64,000 nt of DNA, from contig JBGAQA010000001.1 in NCBI GenBank assembly GCA_044220955.1, positions 134,992 through 198,991 of the forward strand. The letters are read 5' to 3'. Position numbers and translations under genes: made by a program. Position 1 is the first letter of the stretch, and the number at the start of each line of letters is the position of its first letter. The notes below the pieces were generated by a model. It did not search any database. It saw only the letters and a list, made by a program, of their open reading frames with translations, and had not been told where the DNA came from. The DNA is from Sandaracinaceae bacterium (lineage in GTDB: Bacteria; Myxococcota_A; Polyangia; Polyangiales; Sandaracinaceae). Below are positions 62,548-64,000 of the stretch, piece after piece.

Positions 62548-63629
62548 GCGTCGTGAGGAGCGAGGCAACGAGGTCGCTCTCGCTCTCGCTCTCGCTCTCG
62601 CTCTCGCTCTCGCTCTCGCTCTCGCTCTCGCTCTCGCTCGTGGGGTGCGGGTCCGCCGAAGGCCACTTCGACGCTTCGGCGGCCGATGCGGGCGTGCGCG
62701 ATGCGGCCGCGCGCGACGCGTCCGCCGTGGCCGACGCGTCCACGATGGACGCCCCCCCGGCCGTCGACGCCGCGCCCGACCTCGACGCGACCTGGGGACC
62801 CTGCATGGTCGGCAGCACGCCCGGCGTCTGCGAGGACGTCGCGCTCTGCACGGGCATGAACACCGCCGTCAGCGGGCACTGCCCGGGTCCGTCCACGATC
62901 CAGTGCTGCGTCCCGAGCACGACGCCGATGAGCTGCGATCCGACCGTGATGGTGCAGCCCAACGTCGGCGTCGCGGACGAGGCGCCCGGCGTCGGTGGCT
63001 GCCCCGATGGAATGCTCCCCGTCACGACCACGCTCTGCGTCGATCGGTACGAGGCCTCTCTCGTCCGCCTGGACGACGGCACCGAGTGGTCCCCCTACTT
63101 CACGCCGCCCGCGTCGGTCCCCGTGATCGCGCGCTCGCGCGCGGGCGCGGTTCCACAGGGCTACATCTCCGGCGTGGCTGCCGGGGCGGCATGCACGAAC
63201 GCCGGCAAGCGCCTCTGCACCGACGCCGAGTGGCTCCGCGCCTGCCAGGGCTCGATGGGCCTCACCTACCCCTACGGCAACACGCGCATGACCGGCGTCT
63301 GCAACGACCACCGCGACGTGCACCCCGCCGTCGAGCGCTTCGGCACGAGCGCCTCCTGGATCTACTCGATGCTGAACGACGCCTGCATCAGCCAGCTCCC
63401 GATGTCGCTCGCGCGCACGGGCGAGTACACGGGCTGCGTGTCCGAGAGCGGCGCCCACGACATGATGGGCAACCTGCACGAGTGGACCGCCGACCCGGCG
63501 GGCACGTTCCGCGGCGGCTTCTACGTGGACACCGTGCTCAACGGCCCTGGCTGCCTCTACGCGACGACCGCGCACGACACCGGCCACCACGACTACTCGA
63601 CCGGCTTCCGCTGCTGCGCCGATCGGTAG
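62544..63629 (+). CDS. FGE-sulfatase (SUMF1) domain lipoprotein
   Basis: GTGA coupling; (SL)11-VGC; CPDGM, DRYE, GKRLC...EW..AC, YPYG, DM.GNL.EW, RGG and GFRCC. Confidence 0.88.
   Translation: MSVVRSEATRSLSLSLSLSLSLSLSLSLSLSLVGCGSAEGHFDASAADAGVRDAAARDASAVADASTMDAPPAVDAAPDLDATWGPCMVGSTPGVCEDVALCTGMNTAVSGHCPGPSTIQCCVPSTTPMSCDPTVMVQPNVGVADEAPGVGGCPDGMLPVTTTLCVDRYEASLVRLDDGTEWSPYFTPPASVPVIARSRAGAVPQGYISGVAAGAACTNAGKRLCTDAEWLRACQGSMGLTYPYGNTRMTGVCNDHRDVHPAVERFGTSASWIYSMLNDACISQLPMSLARTGEYTGCVSESGAHDMMGNLHEWTADPAGTFRGGFYVDTVLNGPGCLYATTAHDTGHHDYSTGFRCCADR
62574..62639 (+). repeat. (TCGCTC)11 in-frame microsatellite
   Basis: Perfect 66-bp hexamer tract encoding (SL)11. Confidence 0.95.
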
Positions 63630-63635
63630 AGCGCG

Positions 63636-64000
63636 TCAGCAGAACATCGGCAGAGAGCACATCGGCGGGTTACAGCAGATCGTCCCGCCCGTGCACGCAC
63701 CGCTGAACTGCGCGCAGGTACCGGCCGCGTTGCACTGCCACACGCCGCAGTGGACCAGCGGATTCGTGCACGCCGTGCCGGCCGGCGCCGTAGGGCAACG
63801 CTGGGTCTCGCTGCGCGTCGCGCCGACGCAGAGCCCGCTGCCGCACGTGTACTCGGTGCAGTCCCGCGTCTGCATGGTGAGCGGCTGGCACGTGCCCACG
63901 TAGCTGCACGTGCCCGTCCAGGCCGTGCAGGATCTCGGTGCGCAGGTGTCGCCGTCGGTCGGTGGACCCACGCAGCTCTGCGTGTCGGTCGCGTCCGATC
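63636..64000 (-). CDS. C-terminal part of a Cys-rich secreted protein (truncated by window edge)
   Basis: Frame open to 64000; W..C.Y...C....QTR.C..Y.C..G.C repeat. Confidence 0.65.
   Translation of the reverse strand, partial: SDATDTQSCVGPPTDGDTCAPRSCTAWTGTCSYVGTCQPLTMQTRDCTEYTCGSGLCVGATRSETQRCPTAPAGTACTNPLVHCGVWQCNAAGTCAQFSGACTGGTICCNPPMCSLPMFC

Overview
A very GC-rich (roughly 75%) chromosomal window, most likely from a myxobacterium of the Polyangiales/Sandaracinus type. This is inferred from MYXO-CTERM tails, an MXAN_5187-like protein, four Hanks-type Ser/Thr kinases and many Cys-rich lipoproteins. It holds about 62 densely packed CDSs: housekeeping and metabolic genes (dnaJ, fabH, glcD-like oxidase, ALDH, aminotransferase, PBP1A, HutG-like), signalling genes, a Phd-VapC toxin-antitoxin pair and many secreted Cys-rich proteins. 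I saw no rRNA, tRNA, CRISPR array, transposase or integrase. The main candidates for novelty are: (1) a small twin-arginine peptide with three SDSDPxDPGG repeats and 8 Cys, divergent from a JmjC/ROX-type oxygenase (possible RiPP-like system); (2) a dispersed ~100-140 bp non-coding element in four copies whose hairpins covary, three copies abutting TGA stop codons and one sitting in a thioesterase gene between 45-bp direct repeats; (3) 59-bp inverted repeats bracketing a hydrolase gene; (4) an S8 protease-metalloprotease 'polyprotein' with an internal MYXO-CTERM plus lipobox, downstream of HmuY; (5) a membrane protein with Tudor-knot-like barrels on both sides of a TM helix. Several lesions (PBP1A frameshift, decayed sterol desaturase, amber codon) may be real or assembly errors. 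All family assignments come from motif recognition by eye; no searches were run.
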